Below are positions 33,393 through 45,445 of a stretch of 64,000 nt of DNA, piece after piece. Both the position numbers and the translations under genes were made by a program. The DNA comes from Wickerhamiella versatilis (lineage: Eukaryota), in assembly GCA_030867685.1 (NCBI GenBank), contig JAQOWU010000008.1:4526001-4590000 (forward strand). Direction: 5' to 3'. Each line of letters begins with the position of its first letter. Within the stretch, counting starts at the first letter, position 1. The notes beneath the pieces were generated by a model. That model did not search any database and had not been told where the DNA came from. It saw only the letters and a program-made list of their open reading frames with translations.

Positions 33393-33748
33393 GTTTTGCG
33401 CTTTTGCTGAGCTTTTTCGACGACTAGCTATTCACTACCATAAGGAAGAAAGGGGGGTGTTGTGCGAATGTCGTATTGAGAGAGAGCATCCAGTCTATCA
33501 GTTATTCAGTTACGACCTAATGATTTTGTTAAATATTCTAGGATCCATTTGTATCGGTCTTTCTACTCCGAATCTGAAGATAACACTTTTCTGTCTTTGC
33601 CAAATTTAACTTGAGCGGTAACTCGGGTCCACTTTTTACGACAGACGTTGCAAATTTGGACTAAATTAGTGCTGGAGAAATCCAGTGTTTTACTTTATAC
33701 TGCTGTTACTTCTCTGAGATGGAATGATTTTGATTACGTACTTTTTAG

Positions 33749-33779
33749 CTGAGAATAATTGGAAAATGCAAGATAGCCC
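33749..33779 (+). repeat. Dispersed boundary site
   Basis: CTGAGAATAATTGGAAAATGCAAGATAGCCC. Confidence 0.88.
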
Positions 33780-34534
33780 GGATTATTTTCTTTGAATCCC
33801 AGGTAAATTTCCATTGCGCTGACAAATTACATAGCAGAAATAGATAAAATTTATCTGTTAAGCAAGTACACTCAGAATAACCAAGTAGAGCCTTGGAAAG
33901 ACTAAAGAAGATCCTGGTATCAGTTTATAATCAATGAATCTAACCATGATACAAAGAACACTAATTGTTGCAAATTGTAAGATTATGCCTCTTCAAAGCT
34001 CACGCATCAGGAGAGAATTCTTTCTTGTCATTCAAGCCTGATGAAATACGCACCTCAGCTTAGTCACCCTCACTTGGTTGCGTAATACCAATGAAAATAG
34101 CACTACTAAGTAATAGAAGGTCCCTACTTCACCAGTAAACAGTCGAGACGACATTGATGTGGAAGTATCACCAATTTGAAAGAAGGACCATATACTAAGC
34201 AGTCTTAGTTGAATAGTATGTGCCACACTTTCAACCGGATTCCCAGACCCGCACATTCTTACTTGTAAATAGATTCGGATTTGCAATCAACAGCGTTAGT
34301 GGAGAGATAAGGCTCGATGCAGGGATTCCCACAAACTCAACTTTGTCGAACACCACTCAAGGATTTAAATTTTTCGACAGCTCTCGAAGACTAAACTCCA
34401 TAGTTGCCGGACCAACATTACGGATATCGCGAGTGGGCTACTCTACAACGACTGTACTGTATCCAGATGCTATACCTTTGAGAACTTGTCCTTTGCAATA
34501 ACTATAGATGGTTTTATTGATTAAAATATTGGCT

Positions 34535-34565
34535 TGGGCTATCTTACGCTAGTCCGTCTTCAGGT
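34535..34565 (-). repeat. Dispersed boundary site, inverted, degenerate
   Basis: TGGGCTATCTTACGCTAGTCCGTCTTCAGGT on + strand. Confidence 0.65.
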
Positions 34566-34999
34566 TCTGTGGAAATAAGGTGCAAGGGAATTTATTATAG
34601 ATCAACATGCTAGAAAGATTATTGGAGCGAAGAAATATTCAATTTTCGGTCTAATCTCTCTAGAAGAGAGGATATATAGCGGTCTAAGTATTCTCCGGTG
34701 TGTTGATCATGCCTAGTTCCGGGAAGAACTGACACTAGCGCTCCTTCCTTAACGAAAGAGGACTGAAAACGACAGTTCATTCACTGGGTCTGGTTAGATG
34801 ACTTAAGATAGCTTCTACGGGAATTTTAATAGAACTTATGGAGAGTATTTATGACATACTTTCGTATTTTGTTCTTAATACTATGCACGATGTTCAGCTT
34901 GAGTCATCTCATAGCCATATAGAGCACAGGTGCCAGCGAGACAATGACTTCTTTCCCTGGTTTCTTACAAATCTAGCTACGTCATGAGATACACACTCA

Positions 35000-35382
35000 T
35001 GCATTTTTTGACACTCTAAGCCTCTTGTTAGAAACCATCCAATGGCGATTTTCCCATATGGTTAGTAATAGAAATATTGGAAGATCTGTCTACTTATGCA
35101 GGAAGCCACATGGCAAAGTTCGACAGATTCAGTAGCTTACATCTAAAGAAAGGGCTCTTGAGAACAAGGAAACTACTAGGGCTGGTGATCTTGCATTTTG
35201 AAACTCTAAATTTCCTACCGGAAACCACACCCCGGCGATTCTTCCGTACAATTAGTAATAGAAAAGTTGGAAGATCTGTCTATTCGTGCGGGGAAGCTAC
35301 ATACCAAAGATCAGCACATTTGGTAGCTTACATCAAAGAGTGGGCTTCTCTAGTAGCACAAGGCAGTTACCAAGGCTGGTGA
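35000..35382. repeat. Diverged tandem duplication, about 190-bp unit, two copies
   Basis: GCATTTT..ACTCTAA..GAAACCA..GGCGATT..TTAGTAATAGAAA..TTGGAAGATCTGTCTA..GTAGCTTACATC..GGCTGGTGA occurs twice at about 191-bp spacing. Confidence 0.85.
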
Positions 35383-35771
35383 AAATATATTATGAACTAG
35401 TTTTGGCTTTACCAACTGCATCACTTTCGATTAAGCCTGCGCTATAGTGATCTGCAAGATCTGATTATAAATGCACGCAGCTTCTAGTTAATCCAGGTCT
35501 AATAACTAAAAAAATGTGGGCAATTAAGCGGTTTTTTGTCTCTTTCACCTTTTCCAGGATGAATTCACTACTGATATTGCTCCTTTACTCGATCAGACAC
35601 TAATACTGGTGCTCTTATCGGAACTGAGCTGATCTTTTCTCTCATACCACATCATCTCATCTAATTACTTACCTACTGACCCCACTTTCCTATTCAGTTG
35701 AAAAACATTACTGCGGAGAAATTTCCTATATAAAATGGGCAATATACCCCTCGGTATCTATAGCTGTAACA

Positions 35772-36833
35772 ATGAAGTTCCTGTTCTTCCTCCAGTGTGC
35801 TACGCTTGCACTCGGGGCTCCATCATCGCTATTCTCTCGAGGTGATGAGCTACAGCTGCCTCAAACTATCGATCAGCTCAAGCAATTTGGGCAGGCTGTA
35901 TTATCGAAAATTGAATATTTTTCCATAAATCTTCTTGGTATGAAGACAGCGGGTGAGATTATTCCTCAGACCAGTCTTGATTTCGATGCTAGCCTGACAG
36001 CTGTTCTCGCTGGTGGTATACCAAATTTTAACAAGGCTTTTGATAGCGTCAATGGTGTAGATGGCTCAAAGGTAAAGTGGCTTGTCGAGGCCAACGATCG
36101 AACTGAAGATGATCCTGTTGTTCTGTTTTTCCACGGAGGCGGGTATGTCACTGGTGTCTTACCCACATACTATCCTGCTCTTTTGAACTATTATCGCGAT
36201 ATTGGCAACGACAGACTATCGATTCTTATGCTGGACTACACCTTGACTAAAGATGCTAGTCATCCGAAGCAGTTACAAGAAGCCGCAGCTGTATACAACA
36301 CGTTAACAAATTCCTCAAAAAACATCATACTTGAGGGTGATTCATCGGGAGGAAATCTGGCATTGATTCTGCTGCGCCACTCCAAATATCCCATAGACTC
36401 TGTTGAACCTGTGAGCACACTGCCTACGGGATTGATGCTCTATTCCCCTTGGGTTAATCTTTACCCAGACGGAAACAACGGGACCATGGCCAGTAATTAT
36501 GGAAAGGATATTCTGAATGCTAATGCTTTGCAGCAAATGGGTGTGCTATTCGCTCCGGACGAAGAGACTCGTAATAGTACAGCACTGAACCAATTTAAGG
36601 ATTACATCGACTGGAGCGAGGTTTTACCCGACCCTTCCAAAATATTTGTGGCTTTTGGTGGTCACGAGGTTCTGGCAGCTGATATCCGGAACTGGGCGAA
36701 TATTGCCAAGCTGGAAGAAAATGGAGCTCAAGTCTTGAATGATACCACTGGAATTCATGATGGATTTACATTCACAGTATTGAGTAATTATTATCATGAT
36801 GTCGTAGACTTCCACAAAAATAATTTCTCTTAG
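35772..36833 (+). CDS. Secreted alpha/beta-hydrolase esterase (Say1/HSL-like), paralog 2
   Basis: Signal peptide, HGGG, GDSSGG, GIHD; collinear with 5621-6697. Confidence 0.9.
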   Translation: MKFLFFLQCATLALGAPSSLFSRGDELQLPQTIDQLKQFGQAVLSKIEYFSINLLGMKTAGEIIPQTSLDFDASLTAVLAGGIPNFNKAFDSVNGVDGSKVKWLVEANDRTEDDPVVLFFHGGGYVTGVLPTYYPALLNYYRDIGNDRLSILMLDYTLTKDASHPKQLQEAAAVYNTLTNSSKNIILEGDSSGGNLALILLRHSKYPIDSVEPVSTLPTGLMLYSPWVNLYPDGNNGTMASNYGKDILNANALQQMGVLFAPDEETRNSTALNQFKDYIDWSEVLPDPSKIFVAFGGHEVLAADIRNWANIAKLEENGAQVLNDTTGIHDGFTFTVLSNYYHDVVDFHKNNFS

Positions 36834-37194
36834 GGTGCCTGTGTAGTTATTGTTTTTTTTGACCTTAGACAAATTCGTGTAAACTATAGCAAAACTACAT
36901 ATTTGTAAACGAGGAGGTTCATTTTTCGCGTTATCATCTTATAGGGTTCTCCTGTTAATGAGAGAATTATATAGAGGGTCTGTTATAGATCGTGGTGTGT
37001 TTTCTCTTGACGGCTGCTAAGATGTCAACCACAAATATTTCGGCTCAAGTCTCACATATGCTAAGTCATGCTAGATATCCACTGAGTGATACATCACTGT
37101 GGAGAAGTCGCCCTTATTGAGACAAAGATGTTATTGGCAACAGCGGGCAGTAGCATAGTCAATACCTCTGACTCATTGGTATGTTCTTAGTCAC

Positions 37195-38253
37195 ATGGGC
37201 AATGAGACTATAGCGATAAATGTGGAGAGGCAAAACAATAGAGAATGGTTCACTGATGGTGACTTGGTGTGCGGGAGAATTGGACTGTCTTTAGAAAGTG
37301 GAATCAATGTACGCAGCATCACAGCTACGTTCATGTGCCAGGAAGTGGTTACAGTAAGATTTTTGGAACGAAGGGTGGGACCAGGATCGCGAAGTGTGAC
37401 GGGGATAGCCAATGTTTATGAGACAAAGACCTACGATCATATGCTGTCAAACAAGTTGCTTTTTCCAACCAGTGAAGTGGCTCAGGTGGCAACTGGCGAG
37501 AATCTGAAGATAGCGCCTGGGGTTCACGAGTTCGACTTCGAATTTCAGATTCCAAATATGGCGGCATTTCCACCATCCTGGAAGATGACTGATGTGGAGG
37601 TATTTTGGGGTATTAAAGTTTGTGTTGAAGTGCCTAAACCTCACCGAGACCTTGACGAGGCCTGTCGGATTAATGTGCTGCCAACGGGGTGGAGACCACC
37701 TAGTGGGCCCTTGATCTCAGTGGTAGACTCAGCTAATCTGACATCCCATTTACCAGGATTCAAACGGGGTATTGGAAAATTTTTTGATTCAGAGCACCAA
37801 AAAACTGTACCAGTGCGAATAGCTGTGAGTTTTCCCAAAAATGGTATTCAACAGTCTTCTTGTCCAGATATTTACATTTCAGCTGAAACTGATCACCCAG
37901 AATTGACTAAAATACTAAAATTCAAAGTTCTTGTCTCAGCTCACGTTTATGCAGACATTGATGGCTATGTAGACAGGTATTTCTGCCAATTCTTGATTGG
38001 CGAGCTGGTGAATTTAAGCTTTGATTCTGATGGCAAAGTCAATCTAAGTGACAAAATGACAAAAGCCGGTGTCTGGAATTTTCCGCCTCTTCCACCAACG
38101 TTTAGCACTGGAATGTTTAAAGTGACTTATTGCTTGGAAATCGAGGCTAAGTTCAAGGAGGCTTTGAAGTTTGAGAAGAGAACTGGACATACTAAGAAGA
38201 TATGCATAAGAAAACGCTGCAATGTAATATCACCATCATTAATAGACTGTTAG
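37195..38253 (+). CDS. Arrestin-like (alpha-arrestin) protein
   Basis: FTDGDLVCGRI..., LLFP, PGVHEFDFEFQIP..FPPS, PPTF...VTYCLEIE beta-sandwich pattern. Confidence 0.7.
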   Translation: MGNETIAINVERQNNREWFTDGDLVCGRIGLSLESGINVRSITATFMCQEVVTVRFLERRVGPGSRSVTGIANVYETKTYDHMLSNKLLFPTSEVAQVATGENLKIAPGVHEFDFEFQIPNMAAFPPSWKMTDVEVFWGIKVCVEVPKPHRDLDEACRINVLPTGWRPPSGPLISVVDSANLTSHLPGFKRGIGKFFDSEHQKTVPVRIAVSFPKNGIQQSSCPDIYISAETDHPELTKILKFKVLVSAHVYADIDGYVDRYFCQFLIGELVNLSFDSDGKVNLSDKMTKAGVWNFPPLPPTFSTGMFKVTYCLEIEAKFKEALKFEKRTGHTKKICIRKRCNVISPSLIDC

Positions 38254-38708
38254 TAGAGAATTTTCAACTAATTTATTAATTGGGGGTAAGGCAAGATAGC
38301 TAGCCAGCCAATGCAGGACGTCCTTCATTATATATACATGGACAGCGAGCTAGTAAAAGGGTAAAACCTTAAGACGCTAGGAATCAAAGCGTCGTTAGAA
38401 TGAGAACGATCAAGCATCTAGAGTCTAAGAATTAGAATTTCGAGATAGCTTATGTGCTAGTTAGTTGACTGAAACTTCATTATACTCTTTCACTCCGTCT
38501 GAAAGATACCCGTTACATCATTGGAACACGAAAGTAGAAGCTCCTCTGTGCTTGAAACCGCAGAGATTACCTTCGACAAAGTGTCAATCAAATAAATTTT
38601 TACAAATTCACAAGCGCGGACATGATTCGCTCATTAAGCAAAGATACGGCTTCAGATAAGTGTAGATTAAGTACTTCGGGCCATATCAAGTAATCAACGC
38701 AAATCGTT

Positions 38709-38726
38709 ATGCAAGATAACCCACTT
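38709..38726 (+). repeat. Dispersed boundary site, right half
   Basis: ATGCAAGATAACCCACTT. Confidence 0.75.
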
Positions 38727-40210
38727 TTCTCATGACAATAACGATGGCAACCTCTTTTAATTCTAGGCATATAACGTCGAGTTTCTTTCAGTTCACTACG
38801 AGGTGGTGCTATATTCACCTCACGCCAGACAGGTTGTTGTCGCAATTGTTACTCTTTGTGGTTTGATTCAATCCTGGCTCTTGAAAGTTTCATTGCAAAT
38901 AATAGCTTTTTTTGAGAGGAGGTTTTTCATGTTTTTAGAGTATATAAGCAGATTATAATAATGTTCAAAGACTCCAATTCCAACTTCCATAAGTTAACCT
39001 TAGCTTACATTTTTCGAATTGAGTACAAATTGATAGATCCATAGGAGCTTTCAGGTATTTGTCAAACAGCGCATTCATTTTGATTCATGATAAATATGCC
39101 TCTGTGGTTCTTTCAAGTTACATATTATAACTATATCCATATGGTCACTAGATATGTATACTTAAAAATTGTGTTCAGCAAGGATACCAAAAATGCTTAC
39201 TAGTACAAAATTATACCATCTTTTGAGTAAAGAATGTAAGATCGGTATGTTATATCCTGAGATTGTTACGTGCATATGACAGATACCAATGCGTGATTCG
39301 GCAAATTACCGAGCTTCGCAGAGAACATTATTAGAGTCAACTAAAAAATAAAGAACTATGATTCTATAATTCATGTATGGCCTCGAAGCAAGCACGTAGG
39401 CCAATCAGACCTGTCGATTGGCTAGAACTATCGTTTGTGGATTTCGTTGGTTCCTGCTAAATGAAAATTATTGGAACTATCTTGCTTGGTTGGGCAACGG
39501 AAGAAACTAAACAAGCGCATAAACTTACGCCATACATAGTAATAGCATAAAAAATGAAGACACACAGACTCAAGAGTACTAGTTAGAATGTATGTAAAAT
39601 ATTAGGGCTGATGCTTGAGGGTTGGGGTTACGATGCGACATCACAACAAGCATTGCAGGAATATCTCTAGTCAGGAGCTTCATCACAGATGTTTTGTAGC
39701 ATGGTGCTCATTTTATTTCCTCAATATTGGCTCTTTTGTTAAGTATTTGTCTCGCAGGTTCTTCAGGAAATGCGTCGTATGCACCCGTAGCATTGATCAG
39801 TATTATGAAGAGCCTTGAGGCATACATGATTTAATGGTTACAAACGGTAGTCAAGACGTCCTAAACCGCTTTGCAAACTTTTTCAGAAATAAATTCTAGT
39901 AGATATAGAGTTAATGCTTGATGTATGGTAGTCCACTTTATACTCAATGTCTTCGGATATTATTCGTACGCCATGTTACTTATAAATATAGAAATGTGGA
40001 CAGAAGGCGAAGCCTGGAACAGGCAGCTATCAAGTTCAAATAGCAATACTCATTAGGAAATGTCCGTGAGGATTAGGAAACACACTGATTACCGGAGTAA
40101 ATGACATTCTCCGCATCACGCTCAGATCTGCGATCTGACAGACGCGGTATTTACACATGATGCAGCCCATGTTTTATTACTAACATCCTACGGACCACGC
40201 ACAACGCAGT

Positions 40211-41959
40211 ATGACACGTACATTTCATTCGCTCTTTTGGTTATTTCCCATACTTGTGCAAGATGTTTCGCTTGCATCTGCTTCTTCCCATCGAGACCAG
40301 CTATCCACTGATGCTTCTGGTCAGTCGACCAATTCCGCAGTGTCATGGAGTTCCCGTAACGCGAACATGGCGACAGTATCTGAGTGGATTATCGAGACTT
40401 CATCAGATATAGCGATAAGTTCCCCTGCACCCGGTGTCGAAACGATGATTAGCCCCCTACAGCCCACTCACTCTCATCCATTTGAAGGCCACAATACTAG
40501 ATCTGAGAGTGCTGCAAACCCTTCCATTCCTCCAGGTAATGAAGACGCGAATTCATACCATAAGAGAAATATGATAGTACGAGAGGATAATCATCGGCAA
40601 GTTACAGAAACTCATGCAGCTTCAGAAACTGGAATACGGCCCGTCCACACCCTAACCCTAAAGTCTAATGAAGGGCCGCTATTCCCATTCATCATACATC
40701 CCTCAATTTGGCTTCCTTCAATATCATATGTGACTATTCCCCCAATTGGCGCAAGCTCAAGCCTGTCCAGCCCTATTATTACTGGTTCCTCTTCAGTTCA
40801 AGAAACGCCCACAGGGCATCAATGGCCATCATTCACGACACCCAAAACTACTAGTGGAGTAATGAGCAAAACAACTCAAGCTATGTCTTCTGCCACACCT
40901 ACAAGTACAGTAGCATATTCGTTTGGATCGTTCAACAGCACACGAACTGATTCCATGGAGCCTACTTCTACAAGTCCATCTCTTGCCAAGGTAGCTTGGA
41001 CTCCCCCAGCCGCTTGTGCTTCTTATGCACAATATCCTACTATGTATTACGGGATGGACATGAATCAATTCAGAATAGATGAGCAAAATTGGGCGAACAC
41101 TATGGAGGGACAAACAATTGACCTTAATTTATGGAGCGAGTGTACCCCTCAATTTGATCTTATTGAGAACATGAAAATTGCTAATGTTTCCTATTACCCT
41201 AATCAGGGTAAAGAACTGCCGGTGAAAGGGCTTGAGGCTAATAAGGTATTGTGGTTCACTGAGACAGAAAATCGGACTCGTTCTGATCCCGTGGTCCTTT
41301 ATATACATGGTGGTGGGTTATTTTGGGGGATTTTGCCTTACCATGCTGCTGCTCTTGACCAGATCCTTAGTACAATTAATGTTCCGAGGCTCTCCTGGTT
41401 ATCTGTCGACTATACCCTTACAATGTACAAGAAATACCCTCAACAGTTGAGAGAGTTGGTTGCAGTTTACACAGAGTTATTGAAGACTACAGACAATATT
41501 ATTATAGTGAGTGACTCAAGTGGTGCTCATGAGGCTGTGGAGCTTTTAATTCACATGCAGTCGCCATTTCCAACGATTGATCCTGTCCCGGAGAATAATG
41601 CTACCAAGGCTTTGCTAATGGCATCCCCATGGATGGATTATTCCGGCTATTCAGACATCATATGGCTATACAATGCAGGTATCAATATATTTGGTACATG
41701 GTGGCAGAATACCTCTCATACTCCGTCGCAAGATACCACAATTAAGTGGGACAAAGTGATTCCACCGAAAACATTCCTGGTGTATGGTGAGGATGACACT
41801 GTGTTAGATCAAGTCAATTCTTTCAGGGAAAACGCAGGTAGTTCAATCGACGACAGCAATGTATATGAAGAACCACAGGGTGTCCACGATGGGTGGGTGA
41901 TATTAGGGAATCAGACCGTAGCCGATCATATTGCAGATTTCATTAAATCTGTAATATGA
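40211..41959 (+). CDS. Secreted esterase paralog 3 with a long Ser/Thr/Pro-rich N-terminal region
   Basis: Signal peptide, about 250-aa low-complexity stalk, DPVVLYIHGGG, SDSSGA, GVHD. Confidence 0.85.
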   Translation: MTRTFHSLFWLFPILVQDVSLASASSHRDQLSTDASGQSTNSAVSWSSRNANMATVSEWIIETSSDIAISSPAPGVETMISPLQPTHSHPFEGHNTRSESAANPSIPPGNEDANSYHKRNMIVREDNHRQVTETHAASETGIRPVHTLTLKSNEGPLFPFIIHPSIWLPSISYVTIPPIGASSSLSSPIITGSSSVQETPTGHQWPSFTTPKTTSGVMSKTTQAMSSATPTSTVAYSFGSFNSTRTDSMEPTSTSPSLAKVAWTPPAACASYAQYPTMYYGMDMNQFRIDEQNWANTMEGQTIDLNLWSECTPQFDLIENMKIANVSYYPNQGKELPVKGLEANKVLWFTETENRTRSDPVVLYIHGGGLFWGILPYHAAALDQILSTINVPRLSWLSVDYTLTMYKKYPQQLRELVAVYTELLKTTDNIIIVSDSSGAHEAVELLIHMQSPFPTIDPVPENNATKALLMASPWMDYSGYSDIIWLYNAGINIFGTWWQNTSHTPSQDTTIKWDKVIPPKTFLVYGEDDTVLDQVNSFRENAGSSIDDSNVYEEPQGVHDGWVILGNQTVADHIADFIKSVI

Positions 41960-42061
41960 GAAGCTAATAACATATTCTAAATCAGCATTGATTGGTTTAA
42001 GGTCCCTAGTAAATTCATGTTCCGGTCACGTGTATGAGTATTGTCTCCGATATATCACATG

Positions 42062-42093
42062 ACTCCGGGACTGGCTAGAAAACGCAAGATAGC
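42062..42093 (+). repeat. Dispersed boundary site
   Basis: ACTCCGGGACTGGCTAGAAAACGCAAGATAGC. Confidence 0.78.
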
Positions 42094-43312
42094 TACTCAA
42101 ATAATTAATTAAATTATGTATGAAATATTTTCGACTTGTTATCGATGGCTTGCACAACTAGGATTTCTCTTGAGTAACAAGTAATTCACAGAGTAGTTTA
42201 AATGCTTTTTTCAATGAGAAGCAATAGACTATGTAGGCAGGTGGTCGCCGTGGGCAGTAGAGGTGTCAGCAAGTCGGAAGTTTTCCTCATCACCTCTCTG
42301 TGCGCGCGGCTATTGTCATGGAGCTGCCAAAGAGCACGATATGGGGATGAGATTCCGTAATCAACGTTCCATGAAGAAGCCCGATGCTGACCTCCTAAGG
42401 CAGTCAAATACTCCATCTGTGGATATTACAAGAACAAGTGAAAGAAGGTAAATTACCCTCACCTTACCCGCATCATAACCCTTAAATAACGAGGTTTGCA
42501 TCTTAAGAAATCGCCGAGTAAGAATGCGAGACCTGAAGTACTCAACCCACCATACGGTAAATTTGATCTTTTTTTTTGCTTTAACCTATCTTGACTTCCT
42601 AAGACTTGTGAAAGGATTCAGAAATGTCAGCATAATATCAAGCGCGCCGTCGTAAACTGGCAATCGTTTACGACGCATCACTGTAGACGGAGACAATCAC
42701 TTTAAACTAACTAAGTGTGAATCATCGACCGCAGTGGTCAAATTTGTTTTTTTTTATTATTTATTGTGGTTTAATTTATGCTATTCCGAAGTAGCAAACT
42801 TTTTGTGATTATGATGTAAACGAGCATATGACATCATTCGACAAGTCGTTGTATGAGGGTAGCGAGCCATTTGGACCTGAACATGATGACAAAAATACCT
42901 TATGTTGATTTAAACTTTTGTTTTTTTGAGGTACTGTGTTGAAATTATCCACTCTACCTGCGACCATCCTAGTTTTAACGGTGAAGATCTGTGCCCCGAA
43001 AATATTACTAAGTTTCCAAATTTAGAATGATCAAATAGAAACAATTGTTCAAGAAGAGTGGCTGCTGACGTCCTAAAACATCAATTACATTTTTTTTTCA
43101 TTGTTCCTCTTCTCCCATATCTTGCATCGGCCGCGAGCCTCTCCCTGATAACCACGCACTCTAGGGATGCAGACGTTCACCTATAGCCCGTTGGCATGGT
43201 CGATGCAGTTAAGCTGGTGTGCGATACTGAATACCTTAAAATTTCTAGAGACCTCTTAGAAATTATTTTATTTTGAACAAATTTACAATTCCTTATAATC
43301 TTATGACTATTT

Positions 43313-43355
43313 GAACTTGTTGGAAAATGCAAGATACCCCACTTCACTACCTGAG
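43313..43355 (+). repeat. Boundary site at the left end of lipase cassette 1
   Basis: GAACTTGTTGGAAAATGCAAGATACCCCACTTCACTACCTGAG. Confidence 0.92.
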
Positions 43356-43806
43356 CGGCGTCAATGCAATGAATGATCAGTCGAAGCTAAATGGAAATAT
43401 ATGCTGAAAATTTTATGCATGTGCATATTAACCTCATCTGACTTCCTAAAGTATTAATAATTCTTGACTGGCTATCCTAGCTCGGCAGTCGTTGTCTAAC
43501 CCGCAGATCGACAATGTGAGACCAGTATTAGGGTTACCCAAGGTTTATTTGATCGTGATTATTAATTCGGGAATTAGCGCTACACGTCCTACACTTGTCT
43601 AATAGAGAGCATTCAAGATTCTGAGGCTTCCTAAGTCAGTTTTTGCTGTGAGAGGGATCCATACGCTGTGAAAAGGATAGCCCACTAATATCTAGCCAGG
43701 GTGTAAATTTGGGATGATCTTTTTGTAATACGTTACGACAATCCGGGCACGTAGATCAGAATATTAATGTCATAAATAATAATCTCGAAGGCTCCTTCCA
43801 TTAACT

Positions 43807-45135
43807 ATGATGTTTTTTCATACCATATTCACTCTAGGCACTGTTCTTGGTGCTGCTATACAAAAACGTACTGCTCCAAGTGATGATGCATTTTATACGG
43901 CTCCAGCAAATTTGACCAGCTATCGCCCGGGGGAGATTATCGACAGCCGCTCCGTTTATGCGCCGGCCGTTCTAAGAGAGGTGACTCAAATAAAATATGC
44001 TACGACCAATACTCAGAATTCTTCTTCATATACGATAGCCACCGTGGCATCCCCAGATAATATTCAGTATCCGCAAAAACTATTATCATTGCAAGATTGG
44101 CAGGATAGTTCAGGCAAAAATTGCGCGCCCAGCTATGGTTTCGCTACCGGTCTCCTTGGATCAGCTGGAATTACTACCTCAGTTATCGATATGCCCATAG
44201 TTCTTGAATGGGCCTTATCAAAAGGCTACTATGTTGTTGTTCCTGACCATGAGGGGCCCAATGGCGAGTTCACAGTGGGGCACACAGAAGGTCAGGCGGG
44301 ACTAGATGGGATCAGAGCAGCTATCTCCTACCTTAATCTCCCTGCAGACACAAGTACGGCAATTTATGGTTATAGTGGTGGCTCTCATGCCACAGCTTGG
44401 ATGGCAAATTTACATGAGTTTTATGCTCCTGAGATCAACATTGTCGGCTCAGCGACTGGAGGAACCGTTATTGACATGTATACGATGTACCACCAAATTG
44501 CTGGTACCCTTTTCTCGGGTTTCTCGTTTCCCGTTGTTGATAGTTTTGCTAGCGCTTATCCTGAACAGGGAGCACAGCTGATGTCGCACTTCAACAATAC
44601 AGCCAACGCTACACTTAATGATGCAGCTCAGGATGATGCATGTATCATCGAAGTCCTACTTAGAGGCGCTTTCCGTAATATTGGTGATGAGAGTGATCTT
44701 GATGATGTTTTATCTTTCCCTCCCGTAGTTGATATGTTTAATCGAGAAACCTTACTCAACAACGTGTCAAGTCTTACAGTATCGGCTCCAAAATTCCCTC
44801 GCTTTGATTATCATGCGCGTAATGACGAGATCGTTCCTTATTCAACAGCCGAGGCATACATCGAGCAGCAGTGCGCCCTTGGAGCAGATATCCAATCCAA
44901 GACATTTGATTTCGGTGGTCATGCTACTACGTTGATATTCGGTCTTCCTGGTGCTCTACAGTTCTTGGAGCAAGCATTTAATGGGGAAGTTCCCAAAGTG
45001 CAATGTGGTACTCAAAATTCTCAGTCGGTCAATATGAGCTCATCAAATGTGAATGAAGTGATTGGTAAGGGCACAGCCGATCGCCTTCGTGCATTTAATG
45101 GCAGGAACACGACGCTGGGAATGATTTCCTGGTAA
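43807..45135 (+). CDS. Secretory lipase (LIP/CAL-A family, lactone esterase-like), copy 1
   Basis: Signal peptide plus KR site, PSDDAFY, CAPSY, VPDHEG, GYSGG, GGH. Confidence 0.92.
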   Translation: MMFFHTIFTLGTVLGAAIQKRTAPSDDAFYTAPANLTSYRPGEIIDSRSVYAPAVLREVTQIKYATTNTQNSSSYTIATVASPDNIQYPQKLLSLQDWQDSSGKNCAPSYGFATGLLGSAGITTSVIDMPIVLEWALSKGYYVVVPDHEGPNGEFTVGHTEGQAGLDGIRAAISYLNLPADTSTAIYGYSGGSHATAWMANLHEFYAPEINIVGSATGGTVIDMYTMYHQIAGTLFSGFSFPVVDSFASAYPEQGAQLMSHFNNTANATLNDAAQDDACIIEVLLRGAFRNIGDESDLDDVLSFPPVVDMFNRETLLNNVSSLTVSAPKFPRFDYHARNDEIVPYSTAEAYIEQQCALGADIQSKTFDFGGHATTLIFGLPGALQFLEQAFNGEVPKVQCGTQNSQSVNMSSSNVNEVIGKGTADRLRAFNGRNTTLGMISW

Positions 45136-45208
45136 TGATGGCCAGGTGTAGTTGTACAGGTAAATACATGGCCATACACAACCTCTTGGTTTCCACAATA
45201 TAATCCAG

Positions 45209-45250
45209 TTTACTACTCGAGACTGTTTAGTCAACGCAAGATAGTCCACT
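45209..45250 (+). repeat. Boundary site at the right end of lipase cassette 1
   Basis: TTTACTACTCGAGACTGTTTAGTCAACGCAAGATAGTCCACT. Confidence 0.88.
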
Positions 45251-45445
45251 ATTGTAGTGTCTATGATTGCAGATATGGATTAGCTAGATGGTAAGAGAGG
45301 AGGTACCTGTATGAAATAACGCGTATTCTAAGGACCAGACTCTATCAGAATTCTATTTGTCATACTTCCTTAGATTTATAAAAATATGTTAATTCTATAG
45401 AGCCTTAGCTTCAATCTACAACATGCTTAAATATTATAAAAAAAA

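Noticed and set aside
43205-43218. GCAGTTAAGCTGGT resembling part of 5S rRNA
   Set aside because: Only about 12 nt match and the flanks do not follow the 5S sequence
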